32,000 bases of DNA from Candidatus Electrothrix sp. GW3-4. Lineage in GTDB: Bacteria > Desulfobacterota > Desulfobulbia > Desulfobulbales > Desulfobulbaceae. The stretch spans positions 1,140,001 to 1,172,000 of the forward strand of contig NZ_CP147990.1 in the NCBI RefSeq assembly GCF_037902255.1. The letters run 5' to 3'. Under the pieces are notes generated by a model. The model worked only from the letters and a program-made list of their open reading frames with translations. It was not told the DNA's origin and did no database searches. Positions 1 to 9,529 of this stretch are shown here, piece after piece. How positions within the stretch are numbered: the first letter of the stretch is position 1; the number at the start of each line of letters is the position of its first letter. The translations under genes were made by a program, and so were the position numbers.

Positions 1-34
1 TCCCGTTTAACGTCAACATACTTTTGAAACAGAT

Positions 35-289
35 ATGCTTTTTATGAAACCCTGTGAGGATATCATTCTCTACCTGCACAAAAATCAGGAAGGTATGCTG
101 CATCTTCACGCAACATATCAGGGACAGGAGTCAATCATCACCCTGCCTGACTGCAACCTCCGCCAAGGAGACCTGCCGGAAAACAAACTACAGCAGGTCC
201 GGGCATGGGTCGGGCTGCATAACCATGAACTCATAGCAGATCGGGAAGCAATCAGGGGGCGCCCGGATTTATACGGAAAGGAATCGTAA
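35..289 (+). CDS. DUF4160-family small protein (84 aa)
   Basis: The translation ...IILYLHKNQEGMLHLHATYQGQESII...GDLP...WVGLHNHELIADRE fits my recollection of the DUF4160 pattern (hydrophobic start, HFHA-Y-G-E core, LP...W...H..EL). It is followed by a strong terminator. The usual DUF2442 partner is not seen downstream. Confidence 0.6.
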   Translation: MLFMKPCEDIILYLHKNQEGMLHLHATYQGQESIITLPDCNLRQGDLPENKLQQVRAWVGLHNHELIADREAIRGRPDLYGKES

Positions 290-339
290 GGTACAGCAGG
301 AAGTTCTCCGAATACAGAACAAGTTAGTCATAAGATCCC

Positions 340-382
340 CAGCCCTGAGTCCCCCCCCCCGGATTCAGGGCTGTTCTTTTTT
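340..382 (+). terminator. Rho-independent terminator with poly-C loop
   Basis: CAGCCCTGAGTCC (340-352) pairs with GGATTCAGGGCTG (361-373), including one G-T wobble. The loop is C8, and the hairpin is followed by TTCTTTTTT. Confidence 0.7.
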
Positions 383-406
383 GCCTCCCTCTTCATCCTC
401 CCGTAG

Positions 407-435
407 TTGCAAAAAACATCCCCATTCGTTATCAT
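407..435 (+). promoter_or_regulatory. Candidate sigma70 promoter (TTGCAA-17-TATCAT)
   Basis: TTGCAA lies at 407-412, then a 17-nt spacer, then TATCAT at 430-435. This is about 65 nt upstream of the ATG at 501. Confidence 0.4.
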
Positions 436-500
436 GCTTCCTGAAGGGAAACATCTAGGCCAAAAGCAGAGAACTCACCACAACCCAGAGGAACGCGACA

Positions 501-893
501 ATGAACCTGGAAGACGAACTCCCCATGGACGAAGATGAGGTAATTGAGCTGGTCAGGAATATTATTAAGAAAGCAAGCGAGGACCCGGATTCTGTGGAAC
601 TGGCGGTTCCACTCGAAGAGTTACAGAGGATGCTTGATCAGACGCTCAGGATAAAACATAGAAGAGACCTTGCCAAGGAGAGGGAAAAGCAGGCCAGGAA
701 AAAAGAGCAGGCTGCCTGGGAGGAGTTTTGTCAACAACTGCAGGAAGCGGTGGCGTATGGCAAAAAGTGTGGTATAGACGAGAGGCAGACCAGGATGCTG
801 TTCTCTGGCAAGATTAAGATAGCTAACCGTATCTTTTCGCAGCTTCCCGAGCAGGGCGATACATTATATATCCAAAGGAAGGACAAGGACTGA
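501..893 (+). CDS. hypothetical protein (130 aa, acidic N-terminus, K/R/E-rich helical middle)
   Basis: An AGAGGA Shine-Dalgarno-like sequence sits about 8 nt upstream of the ATG. The ORF is clean and lies between a promoter-like site and a terminator. I recognise no family. Confidence 0.55.
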   Translation: MNLEDELPMDEDEVIELVRNIIKKASEDPDSVELAVPLEELQRMLDQTLRIKHRRDLAKEREKQARKKEQAAWEEFCQQLQEAVAYGKKCGIDERQTRMLFSGKIKIANRIFSQLPEQGDTLYIQRKDKD

Positions 894-968
894 AGCCAAG
901 TTACCCGGAAAGCGCCTGTGAAACCTGCTTCTCTTTGCCTCAAAGTTCGTTTCCAACTTCATTCCAAA

Positions 969-1006
969 CAAAAAAAGGGCGAACCGCTTTTACGCGATCC
1001 GCCCTT
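969..1006 (-). terminator. Rho-independent terminator downstream of ppsA (hairpin usable in both directions)
   Basis: GGGCG (977-981) pairs with CGCCC (1000-1004). On the minus strand the hairpin is followed by T7 (the complement of A7 at 970-976). Confidence 0.6.
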
Positions 1007-1035
1007 TCTTAACTCCTCAGCTGAAACTCTTCAGC

Positions 1036-3480
1036 TTACTCAGGAGCAATCCCCATCTCTTTCTCCTTCTCATGCACAGCCAGTCGGGTCTTGACGGCTG
1101 TATCCGGGATCAGCGACATGGAGTCAATACCCTGCTCAACCAGGAAGGTGGCAAAGTCAGGGAAGTCAGAGGGACCTTGACCGCAGATACCAATCTTGCG
1201 ACCACGACGTTTCGCGGTCTTGATCACCATCTTGATCATCTCTTTCACCGCATCATGACGCTCATCCGCGATACCAGTCACAATACCAGAGTCACGATCC
1301 AGACCATAGGTGAGCTGGGTCAGATCATTAGAGCCGATGGAGAAGCCGTCAAAGATATCAGCAAAGGCATCAGCGCAGATCACGTTGCTGGGGATCTCGC
1401 ACATAACGTAGAGCTCCAGGCCGTTCTCGCCCTGTACCAGGCCGCAGTCTTTCATAACCTCGATAACCTTCTTGCCTTCTTCGGGAGTACGGCAGAAAGG
1501 TACCATCAGTTTGATGTTGTCCAGCCCCATATCGTTGCGCGCCTTGAGGAGTCCCTGACACTCCAGCTCAAAGGCCGGGCGATATTTAGGATCGTAATAA
1601 CGGGAAGCACCGCGCCAGCCGATCATCGGGTTTTCCTCTTCCGGCTCATAGAGTGTGCCGCCGACCAGGTTAGCGTACTCGTTGCTTTTGAAGTCAGACA
1701 GACGGACAATAACGTCATTGGGGTAGAAACCCGCAGCAATACGACCAACGCCCTCAGCAACCTTGTCGATAAAGAACTGCCTTTTATCGGAATAGGCGGC
1801 AGTCTTCTCGTCAATATGCTTCACGATCTCCTGCTTCTCAGGGTCATTAGAGGCCTTAAGCTCCTCGTAGTTGTACAGGGCCAGCGGATGGAGACCGATA
1901 TGGGAGTTGATAATAAACTCCTCACGGGCCAAGCCAACGCCGTCATTAGGAATCTGGCATTCTGTAAAGGCCTTTTCCGGGATGGCCAGGTTCATCATGA
2001 TCTTGGTCTTGGTGGCAGGCATATTGGCCAGGTCAGTGGTCTCAATCTCGTACTTGAGCAGACCTTCGTAGACATAGCCAGTCTCACCTTCTGCAGAAGA
2101 GGCAGTGACCTCCTGGCCGGTTGAGATATTGTCGGTAGCATCACCGGTACCGATAACGCAGGGGATACCCAGCTCACGGGAGATAATTGCCGCATGACAG
2201 GTACGGCCACCCCGGTTGGTGACAATGGCACCAGCAATCTTCATGATCGGTTCCCAATCCGGATCGGTCATGTCGGTAACCAGGACCTCGCCTTTTTTAA
2301 AGGTGCCGATGTCTTTGACATCCTCGATGCAATGGGCTACACCCTGGCCGATCTTAGTACCAACAGCCAGTCCTTCAGAGAGGACCGTTCCTCTTTCCAG
2401 CAGCTTGTAGGTCTCCATGACCCCTTTATTGGCCTGGGAATGGACGGTCTCGGGACGGGCCTGGACGATAAAGAGCTCGCCAGTGCCGACTTCCTTACCG
2501 TCGCCATCCTTGGCCCATTCGATATCCATGCCCTTGCCGTAATGGTCCTCAATGATGCAGGCCCATTTGGCGAGCTGGAGGATCTCGTCATCATTGATAA
2601 CGTAGGCATTGCGCTCTGCCTCGGTGGTGTCGATATTCTTGACCGGCTCTTCTGTGGCCGTGTCATTATCATAGACCATCTTGATGGCCTTGGAACCGAC
2701 CTTTTTCCCCACGATAGGACGTTTCCCTTCTTTCAGTTTGGGCTTGTACACGTAGTATTCATCCGGGTTAACCGCACCCTGAACCACGTTTTCCCCCAGA
2801 CCCCAGGCGCCGGTGATGAAACAGGCGTCTTCAAAGCCAGACTCGGTGTCAATGGAGAACATAACCCCGGAAGAGGCAGAGTCGGAGCGTACCATCTTCT
2901 GGACGGTGATGGACAGATAGACATCAAACTGGCCAAACCCTTGGTGCTTGCGATAAGAAATGGCTCGGTTGGTGAACAGGGAGGCAAAACACTTACGGCA
3001 GTTCTCAATGATATTATCGTAGCCGTGGATGTTCAGGTAGGTTTCCTGCTGGCCAGCGAACGAGGCATCCGGCAGGTCCTCGGCAGTGGCGGAAGAGCGG
3101 ACAGCCACGTCGCAGTTCTCTCCGTACTCAGCTTCCATCTTTTTGTAGGATTCGATAATGGCATCACGCAGAGCATCAGGAAACGGGGCATGACGGATAA
3201 TATTCCGACATTTTTCACCACGCTCAGCCAGATTGGCCATATCCTCGGTGTCCAGATCGGACAGCACCTGCCTGATCTCATCCTCGATACCTGCCTCTTT
3301 GAGTAAATAGCGGTAGGCATAGGCTGTAATGGCAAAACCGTGCGGTACGGCAACGCCCTTGCCGGTCAGATGTTGATACATCTCACCCAGCGAGGCGTTT
3401 TTACCGCCAACCAGCGGCACATCTTCGATACCGATCTCGTCAAACCAAAGAATCAGCTTTTCATCGTGTGCTTGTCCCAT
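1036..3480 (-). CDS. ppsA: phosphoenolpyruvate synthase (pyruvate, water dikinase), 814 aa
   Basis: The N-terminus ...WFDEIGIEDVPLVGGKNASLGEMY is characteristic. The phosphohistidine swivel motif TNRGGRTCHAAIISRELGIPCV is present, as is a C-terminal PEP-utilising TIM-barrel region (GSNDLTQ). Confidence 0.95.
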   Translation of the reverse strand: MGQAHDEKLILWFDEIGIEDVPLVGGKNASLGEMYQHLTGKGVAVPHGFAITAYAYRYLLKEAGIEDEIRQVLSDLDTEDMANLAERGEKCRNIIRHAPFPDALRDAIIESYKKMEAEYGENCDVAVRSSATAEDLPDASFAGQQETYLNIHGYDNIIENCRKCFASLFTNRAISYRKHQGFGQFDVYLSITVQKMVRSDSASSGVMFSIDTESGFEDACFITGAWGLGENVVQGAVNPDEYYVYKPKLKEGKRPIVGKKVGSKAIKMVYDNDTATEEPVKNIDTTEAERNAYVINDDEILQLAKWACIIEDHYGKGMDIEWAKDGDGKEVGTGELFIVQARPETVHSQANKGVMETYKLLERGTVLSEGLAVGTKIGQGVAHCIEDVKDIGTFKKGEVLVTDMTDPDWEPIMKIAGAIVTNRGGRTCHAAIISRELGIPCVIGTGDATDNISTGQEVTASSAEGETGYVYEGLLKYEIETTDLANMPATKTKIMMNLAIPEKAFTECQIPNDGVGLAREEFIINSHIGLHPLALYNYEELKASNDPEKQEIVKHIDEKTAAYSDKRQFFIDKVAEGVGRIAAGFYPNDVIVRLSDFKSNEYANLVGGTLYEPEEENPMIGWRGASRYYDPKYRPAFELECQGLLKARNDMGLDNIKLMVPFCRTPEEGKKVIEVMKDCGLVQGENGLELYVMCEIPSNVICADAFADIFDGFSIGSNDLTQLTYGLDRDSGIVTGIADERHDAVKEMIKMVIKTAKRRGRKIGICGQGPSDFPDFATFLVEQGIDSMSLIPDTAVKTRLAVHEKEKEMGIAPE

Positions 3481-3786
3481 GTTTTCATCTCCCAGACCAC
3501 AGGTCTTTTTATTAAATAACTGATTAAGTAAACAGTGTATAAATAATGTATTCCACGGTACAGGATTGTCGACCGCAGTGTAAAGAAAAAACTATTATAA
3601 AAAAAATCCCTGTTGTCAACCTTAACCCGTGCAGGCCATTTCATTTTGAGGTAACCTTGACACAATATTTAGTAAGGATTTCTTCCTTGCAGAACAACTG
3701 CGGGCCATTGGCCATTGGCCGTTGTATACGGCCAAGTGGGCAAATGGGCCTGAATATCATAAATCTTCGTCCATAGATAGACTATT

Positions 3787-4620
3787 ATGTGGGAATATAC
3801 AGATAAAGTGCAGCAGCACTTCATGCAACCGCAGAATGTGGGAGAGGTGGAGAATCCCAGCGGTACAGGTGATGTGGGGTCGTTAGCCTGTGGTGATGCC
3901 TTGAAGTTGACTATTAAGGTAGACGAAAATAACATTATTGTCGATGCTAAATTTAAGACCTTTGGCTGCGCCTCTGCCATTGCCTCCTCCTCTGTCCTGA
4001 CTGAGCTGATCAAGGGCATGCCCGTAGATGAGGCAGCCCGGATCACTAATGAGGATATTGCCGAGGCCCTGGGGGGCCTACCCAAGGAGAAGATGCATTG
4101 CTCGGTTATGGGACGGGAGGCCCTGGAGGCTGCCATTGCCGATTACCGGGGGGTGATCCTGCCTATGGCCGAAGGCGAGGTGGTCTGTGAATGCTTTGGC
4201 GTCACCGACCTGGAGGTTATCCGGGCGATCCATGAATCCAACTTACGTTCTGTTGAGGAGATCACCAATTTTACCAAGGCTGGAGGTGGTTGCGGCAAGT
4301 GTGAGGACCGGTTGCGAGAGATCCTGCAGCAGACCGTGGAAGGCCTGGCTGAAAAGAGTGCGCCTGTCAAAGAGCAGCGGATGACCACCCTGCAGAAGAT
4401 CAAGAAGATTGAAGAGGTCCTGGAGCGGGAGATCCGTCTAACCTTGAAGAAAGATGGCGGTGATATTGAGCTGGTGGATGTGGATGGTGATTTTGTCACG
4501 GTTTCTCTGCGGGGGGCTTGCGCTGGTTGTCACTCCTCCCGGACAACCCTGAAAGAATACGTGGAAAAGAAACTGCGGGAACAGGTGGTGGACAGCTTGA
4601 TTGTTGAGGAGGCGAGATGA
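3787..4620 (+). CDS. nifU: NifU-type Fe-S cluster scaffold (IscU-like N domain, BFD-like 2Fe-2S middle, NifU C domain), 277 aa
   Basis: The three domains are visible as GSLACGDALKL...FGCASAIASSS, then CECFGVTDLEV...GGGCGKC, then C-terminal LRGACAGCHSS. The stop overlaps the next start (ATGA). Confidence 0.9.
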   Translation: MWEYTDKVQQHFMQPQNVGEVENPSGTGDVGSLACGDALKLTIKVDENNIIVDAKFKTFGCASAIASSSVLTELIKGMPVDEAARITNEDIAEALGGLPKEKMHCSVMGREALEAAIADYRGVILPMAEGEVVCECFGVTDLEVIRAIHESNLRSVEEITNFTKAGGGCGKCEDRLREILQQTVEGLAEKSAPVKEQRMTTLQKIKKIEEVLEREIRLTLKKDGGDIELVDVDGDFVTVSLRGACAGCHSSRTTLKEYVEKKLREQVVDSLIVEEAR

Positions 4621-5801
4621 TGAAGTGTGGCAGCGACAAGGTTATTTATATGGACAATAACGCCACCACCCGGATTGCTCCTGAGGTGTTGGAGGCAATG
4701 ATGCCCTTTCTTGAGGATTGCTACGGCAACCCCTCTTCCATGCATACCTTTGGTGGTCAGGTCGGCCATGCTGTTGAGCAGGCCCGGGCCCAGATCGCTG
4801 AGCTGCTCGGCGCTGACCCGGAAGAGATCGTCTTTACCAGCTGTGGCACAGAAAGCGATTCCACCGCGATCCTTTCTGCCCTGCAGACCTTTCCAGAACA
4901 CCGGCATGTTATCACCACCCGGGTGGAGCACCCGGCCGTGAAGAACCTTTGCGAGAGCCTGACTCAGCTGACCGGGCATAAACATCGGGTGACTCGTTTG
5001 ATGGTAGAGGCCGACGGTACTCTGGATTTAGAAGCCTATAAAGAGGCTCTGACCGAGGATACCGCTATTGTTTCCGTGATGTGGGCCAATAACGAGACCG
5101 GTGTGCTTTTTCCGGTCGAGGAAATGGCTGCATTGGCCAAGGAGCGGGGCATCCTCTTTCACACTGATGCTGTCCAGGCTGTGGGCAAAATTCCCATCAA
5201 TTTGCGGGAAAGCCAGATCGATTTTCTCTCCCTGTCCGGCCATAAGCTCCATGCGCCCAAAGGGGTTGGCGTGCTTTATGTCCGTAAGGGCAGCCCCTTT
5301 GTGCCTTTTCTGCACGGTGGTCATCAGGAGCACGGTCGGCGCGGCGGCACGGAGAACGTGGCCTCCATTGTTGGCCTGGGCCGGGCCTGTCAGCTGGCTG
5401 GTGAGATGATGAAGGAAGAAAATACCCGGGTTCGGGCTTTGCGCGATAAGTTGGAGCAGGGGTTGATGAGTTCCATACCTAAATCGATTCTTAACGGTCA
5501 TGCTGAACAACGCCTGCCCAATACCAGCAATATCAGCTTTGAGTATGTGGAAGGTGAGGCTATTCTGTTGCACATGAATCAGCACGGTATCTGCGCCTCT
5601 TCTGGCTCTGCCTGTACCTCGGGTTCCCTGGAGCCGTCTCATGTCCTGCGGGCTATGGGGGTTCCCTTTACTGCGGCCCACGGGTCTATCCGTTTCAGTC
5701 TGTCTATATATAATACAGAGGAAGAAGTGGATTTTGTGCTGGAGAAGATGCCGAAGATTATTGCTGATCTTCGGGAGATGTCGCCTTTTTGGGAGGGGTG
5801 A
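4617..5801 (+). CDS. nifS: cysteine desulfurase NifS/IscS class, 394 aa
   Basis: Diagnostic strings are YMDNNATT, GNPSSMH, the PLP-lysine motif SLSGHKLHAPKGVG and the active-site SSGSACTSG. The gene is translationally coupled to nifU. Confidence 0.93.
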   Translation: MMKCGSDKVIYMDNNATTRIAPEVLEAMMPFLEDCYGNPSSMHTFGGQVGHAVEQARAQIAELLGADPEEIVFTSCGTESDSTAILSALQTFPEHRHVITTRVEHPAVKNLCESLTQLTGHKHRVTRLMVEADGTLDLEAYKEALTEDTAIVSVMWANNETGVLFPVEEMAALAKERGILFHTDAVQAVGKIPINLRESQIDFLSLSGHKLHAPKGVGVLYVRKGSPFVPFLHGGHQEHGRRGGTENVASIVGLGRACQLAGEMMKEENTRVRALRDKLEQGLMSSIPKSILNGHAEQRLPNTSNISFEYVEGEAILLHMNQHGICASSGSACTSGSLEPSHVLRAMGVPFTAAHGSIRFSLSIYNTEEEVDFVLEKMPKIIADLREMSPFWEG

Positions 5802-5891
5802 GAGGAAGGAGAGGTTTAGCTCCTGAACAGGAAGATGGGTTGTGCTTTCTGTTCACGGAGTTAATATGACATCGCTTATGCGATTAATGCC

Positions 5892-6725
5892 TTAATTAGC
5901 CGATGCGTTAGCGGTCGGCTGTATTAACTTGTTAGTCTTACGTATTTTGATATCACTTATTAGTGAAACCAGAACAAAGCTAAGTAACATAAGCAGATAC
6001 CATGAATTTAGCTTTGCAAGAGGTACCATATGCCACATTGAAGTTTGGCTGGGGTATATCCATATATTCGTGTAAGTGGCAATATTCTCAGCAAGCCAGA
6101 TGAATAATGCCACGAGAAACCATCCCAACAAGATAGGCATATACCTGTGTGTTTTGACTATCCTGAAGTATATATTTGTTCGATAGAACAATACCACTGT
6201 GCTCCCTAATAGCACCCATCTTAAATCCCATACATAATGATGAGTAAAAAAATTGGTATATATTGCTAGTACTAGAAATATTGTCATTGATTTTTTAGGG
6301 TACCACGAATACTCAAAGCGAAAAATTCGCCAAATTCTAGCGATATAACTGCCGACAGCACTGTACATGAAACCAGTGAATAAGGGGACATTTCCAACAC
6401 CAAAAACATATTCTTCTGGATATACCCACGAACCTATACTATCTGAAGTTTTAAACAACTCCATACAGGTTGCTACGACGTGAAAAATGATTATGACAAT
6501 CGCCTCACGTGGTGTTTCGAGTTTGGACAATAATAGAAAAGCCTGAAATATTATTGATGCAATAAAAATAAAATCGTAACGGTGGACTGTGCCTTCAAGC
6601 GGATACCAATACTTCGTAACGATCATTAATGATAAAAGAAAACCTCCAAATAAGCACGCGTATGCCTGCTTAAGTCCGAAAATCCAGAATTCATATACAA
6701 CCTTTTTGAAATCAACTTTTACCAT
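5892..6725 (-). CDS. DUF817-family integral membrane protein, 277 aa
   Basis: The protein is multi-pass and hydrophobic. Strings I associate with DUF817 are present: [82 protein letters not shown]. Confidence 0.75.
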   Translation of the reverse strand: MVKVDFKKVVYEFWIFGLKQAYACLFGGFLLSLMIVTKYWYPLEGTVHRYDFIFIASIIFQAFLLLSKLETPREAIVIIIFHVVATCMELFKTSDSIGSWVYPEEYVFGVGNVPLFTGFMYSAVGSYIARIWRIFRFEYSWYPKKSMTIFLVLAIYTNFFTHHYVWDLRWVLLGSTVVLFYRTNIYFRIVKTHRYMPILLGWFLVALFIWLAENIATYTNIWIYPSQTSMWHMVPLAKLNSWYLLMLLSFVLVSLISDIKIRKTNKLIQPTANASAN

Positions 6726-6886
6726 CTTGAATAAAAAGTAAACAGGAAACCACTGCTGATTGGCTTGTTTGGTGATGATCGCATATGTTGCAGAAATGTG
6801 GTCGTAAATTGAGAAAAAGAAAAGTAATGAAAAAGCACATCCAATTCGACTGGGCCATCAAGCGGCCCCTGCCCACTTTCTTGTTT

Positions 6887-9274
6887 TTACTCTTTCCCGC
6901 CCCCGCGAAAGAAATCAGGTCGTAAGGCAGCAAGTTTACTCCTCTCTTCAGCAAAGACGTTTGCCGCTGCCAATCTGCTCTTAATATCCTCTAGATTGGG
7001 CATCACCTGCTCCACATCGCCGTCATCCGGTTGGACCGATTTGAGTAACGCATTGATTTTGTAAATCTTGTCAGATCCTTCAGGGATATAGCTCTCCAAT
7101 CCATTTTCAAGATAGGTAATCAAAGTTGTGTAGGCAGCAGAACATTTTGGATTATCTGGCATGGGGATCCGTTCTGTTACCCGAAGTTTTTCAAAGGTCT
7201 CATTGATTTCCTGAAAGGAGAGGCGGATGAGGGCCAGGTAGACCTTGCGCTGGGCCCCTATGACAGCGATGTCGATACGGTTGGCTGCTTTATCTGCCCG
7301 GACAACAGCGGTTGCCTGAAAGGCCTTATTTTCCAAGACAATGCCGGTGCGCCAGCAGAGCCCATCCTTGAGATCCCGATGTCGTTTTACGATAAAACGG
7401 GACATGATGGACTGGGGCAGAAAGTCATCGTAATCAAGGACGAATCGGAGAGATTTCTCATCGTCAAAGGTGAATTCCGGCTCAACCGAATCAAGCAGCT
7501 GGGGAATAAGCACGTGCTCCTCATCAAGGGGACAGCAGAGCTCTACGGTCTGCATCAGCTCAATGAGATCGCGGTACTGGGTGGTGCTGTGGCAACAATC
7601 CTTACGGTCCAAGATGAGCTTCATGCTGCTGAGGGAAAGCATGCCGTTCCGTACAGCCACGTTTTCCGCATTGATAATTTTATAGATAGTTGCTGTGACC
7701 CATTTCGGATCCAGGACCTGCCCATCTTTTGCTTTGAATTTTTTTGAATGGACTATTGAGCCCAGGTCGTTGAGAAAATCAAGGAGGATGTCTTGACTGA
7801 CTTCCTCGGTGATGCCAGCATCAATGCAGATCTGGGCAAACTGCTTATAACTGATGCTGGGTTGCGGCAGATCTTCCAGGGCCTGCTTAACAGCGAACCA
7901 GTTCTTGCTCCAGCGGGTTCCGGTAAAATGCTCACAGGTCAGCCCCTGGATAAAGGCCTCCTTAAATTCTGTGATCCCGTGCCTAGAGGCGCAGGAGGTC
8001 TGGAAGAATCCGCGAATCTGGGGGTATTTTTTGCAAAGGAAGCGTTGGTTGACCGTAAAGCCGGGATTGATGTCCTGCTTATTCAGGATAATCAGGACCG
8101 GAGAATCACCACCAAAGCTCTCAATATGACGCAACCAGTACTCCAGACGTTCATCCCTGCTCCCATCCAGGACAAGGACGTAGAGGCTCCGGGGCGAGAG
8201 AAAGAGCTGATGGGCTGTGTCCATGATCTCCCGCCCACCGAAATCCCAGATATTGATCTTAACCTGTTTTTCCTCTCCCTGAATGAGATGCTCCTTGATG
8301 CTGATCCCGTTGGTGGGTGACTCGTTTTTATCAAACTTCTCGTCAAGGAGGCAGCGGGTTAAGGAGGTCTTGCCTGAACCGCCCTCGCCGAGTACCAGGA
8401 CTCTGACCTCATCCAATATCTGACTTTCCCGTTCCAGGGAGGCAAAGTATTGCTGAACAGCTGGAAAACCCAGTCTGCCGACTTCCAGAGGAGGGGAGGT
8501 GAGCGGGTTATCCTCCAGGTAGAGGCTGTCCAACGAGGTCAGCTCAACAATGCGGGCAGGCAGGCCGCTGAGTTGGTTGTCACTGAGATCCAGGGTGTTC
8601 AAATTGGTCAGCTGAGTGATTTCCTGAGGAAGTTCCTGCAGGCGGTTACCGCGCAGATCAAGGTTGCTCAGCCCGGTCAGACGGAGGATTTCCTTGGGGA
8701 GCTCTTCAAAACGGTTATCACTGAGATCCAGGTGAATGAGGGTGGTCAGGTCACAGAAGGCTGGGGGCAGGGCCTGGAGGCGATTAAAGCTGAGATCCAT
8801 GATGGTCAGGGAGTGCAGGTGACCGATCTCTGGAGGCAGTTCTGTGAGTTGATTGCCACTGAGGCCGAGGATGGTAATTCGTTTGAGTTTGCTGATCTTT
8901 GGCGGGATTTCACTCAGGCGGTTATCACGCAGGTCCAGATGGGTGAGCCCGGTCAGGTAACCGGTTTCTGGAGGGAGGCTCCGTAATTGGTTACCGCTGA
9001 GGTCAAGACTGGTCAGGCTGCGCAGGCAGCGGATGATGGGAAAGGGATCAGCCAGGTGATTATCGCTAAGATCCAGTTCTGTCAGCCGGGTCAAGAGGCA
9101 GATCTCTTCGGGCAGTTCGGTCAGGCTGTTAAAACTCAGGTCCAGATGCATGAGATGGCGCAAGCGGCCGATCTCCGGGGGAAGCTCCCGTAATCGACAT
9201 CCCCGGAGGTCAAGGCTTTTCTTTTTTGCAGAAGCGGCCTGTTGAATACGACGAATGACTTCTTTTTTTTTCAT
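6887..9274 (-). CDS. bacterial ROCO protein: 11 leucine-rich repeats, Roc GTPase, COR domain, 795 aa
   Basis: There are eleven 23-aa LRRs (LDLSxNxLxxLPxEIxxLxxLxx). These are followed by the P-loop VLVLGEGGSGKTSL, then DFGGRE, then NKQD. A roughly 340-aa C-terminal region is consistent with COR. Confidence 0.9.
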   Translation of the reverse strand: MKKKEVIRRIQQAASAKKKSLDLRGCRLRELPPEIGRLRHLMHLDLSFNSLTELPEEICLLTRLTELDLSDNHLADPFPIIRCLRSLTSLDLSGNQLRSLPPETGYLTGLTHLDLRDNRLSEIPPKISKLKRITILGLSGNQLTELPPEIGHLHSLTIMDLSFNRLQALPPAFCDLTTLIHLDLSDNRFEELPKEILRLTGLSNLDLRGNRLQELPQEITQLTNLNTLDLSDNQLSGLPARIVELTSLDSLYLEDNPLTSPPLEVGRLGFPAVQQYFASLERESQILDEVRVLVLGEGGSGKTSLTRCLLDEKFDKNESPTNGISIKEHLIQGEEKQVKINIWDFGGREIMDTAHQLFLSPRSLYVLVLDGSRDERLEYWLRHIESFGGDSPVLIILNKQDINPGFTVNQRFLCKKYPQIRGFFQTSCASRHGITEFKEAFIQGLTCEHFTGTRWSKNWFAVKQALEDLPQPSISYKQFAQICIDAGITEEVSQDILLDFLNDLGSIVHSKKFKAKDGQVLDPKWVTATIYKIINAENVAVRNGMLSLSSMKLILDRKDCCHSTTQYRDLIELMQTVELCCPLDEEHVLIPQLLDSVEPEFTFDDEKSLRFVLDYDDFLPQSIMSRFIVKRHRDLKDGLCWRTGIVLENKAFQATAVVRADKAANRIDIAVIGAQRKVYLALIRLSFQEINETFEKLRVTERIPMPDNPKCSAAYTTLITYLENGLESYIPEGSDKIYKINALLKSVQPDDGDVEQVMPNLEDIKSRLAAANVFAEERSKLAALRPDFFRGGGKE

Positions 9275-9470
9275 ACGCTCTCCCTTTCTGCTGTTCTCTC
9301 ATCTCTGCGCGTCCTGCTTCCTCAGCAAGCAGATGCGGGCCTGTTTTATGATGATAGTTCTCTCTTGTAAAAAGCACGGGAAGGATAAAAAGTCAATAAG
9401 AAATTGAGCTGTTGCGTATGGTCTTGGGATGGAGAAAATGTTGTCTTTGCGCTGTAAGGGCGTTTTCTCT

Positions 9471-9508
9471 CTCTGCAAGAGACAAGATCAGAGCTTGCTC
9501 TTGCAGAG
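9471..9508 (-). terminator. Possible pepF terminator hairpin (no clear U-tract)
   Basis: A perfect 11-bp inverted repeat: CTCTGCAAGAG (9471-9481) and CTCTTGCAGAG (9498-9508). It lies 22 nt beyond the pepF stop on the minus strand. Confidence 0.3.
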
Positions 9509-9529
9509 AAATTCGCCTGTGGCTAAGGA

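Noticed and set aside
1072-3306. Long plus-strand ORFs of 350 aa and 370 aa.
   Set aside because: They are antisense to the unambiguous ppsA gene. The sequences are low-complexity with no start context. This is a typical shadow ORF pattern of a GC-biased gene.
3481-3786. Searched the ppsA-nifU divergent region for a sigma54 (TGGCAC-N5-TTGCA) promoter or NifA UAS, as might be expected for nif-named genes.
   Set aside because: Only an isolated TTGCA without a correctly spaced GG element was found. No TGT-N10-ACA site was seen. These nifU/nifS genes are probably general Fe-S assembly genes.
6712-6954. An 80-aa minus-strand ORF bridging the ROCO stop and the DUF817 start.
   Set aside because: It overlaps both well-supported genes and has no independent support.
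7379-9193. Plus-strand ORFs of 68-178 aa opposite the ROCO gene.
   Set aside because: They are antisense shadows of the periodic LRR-coding sequence. No SD or family resemblance is present.
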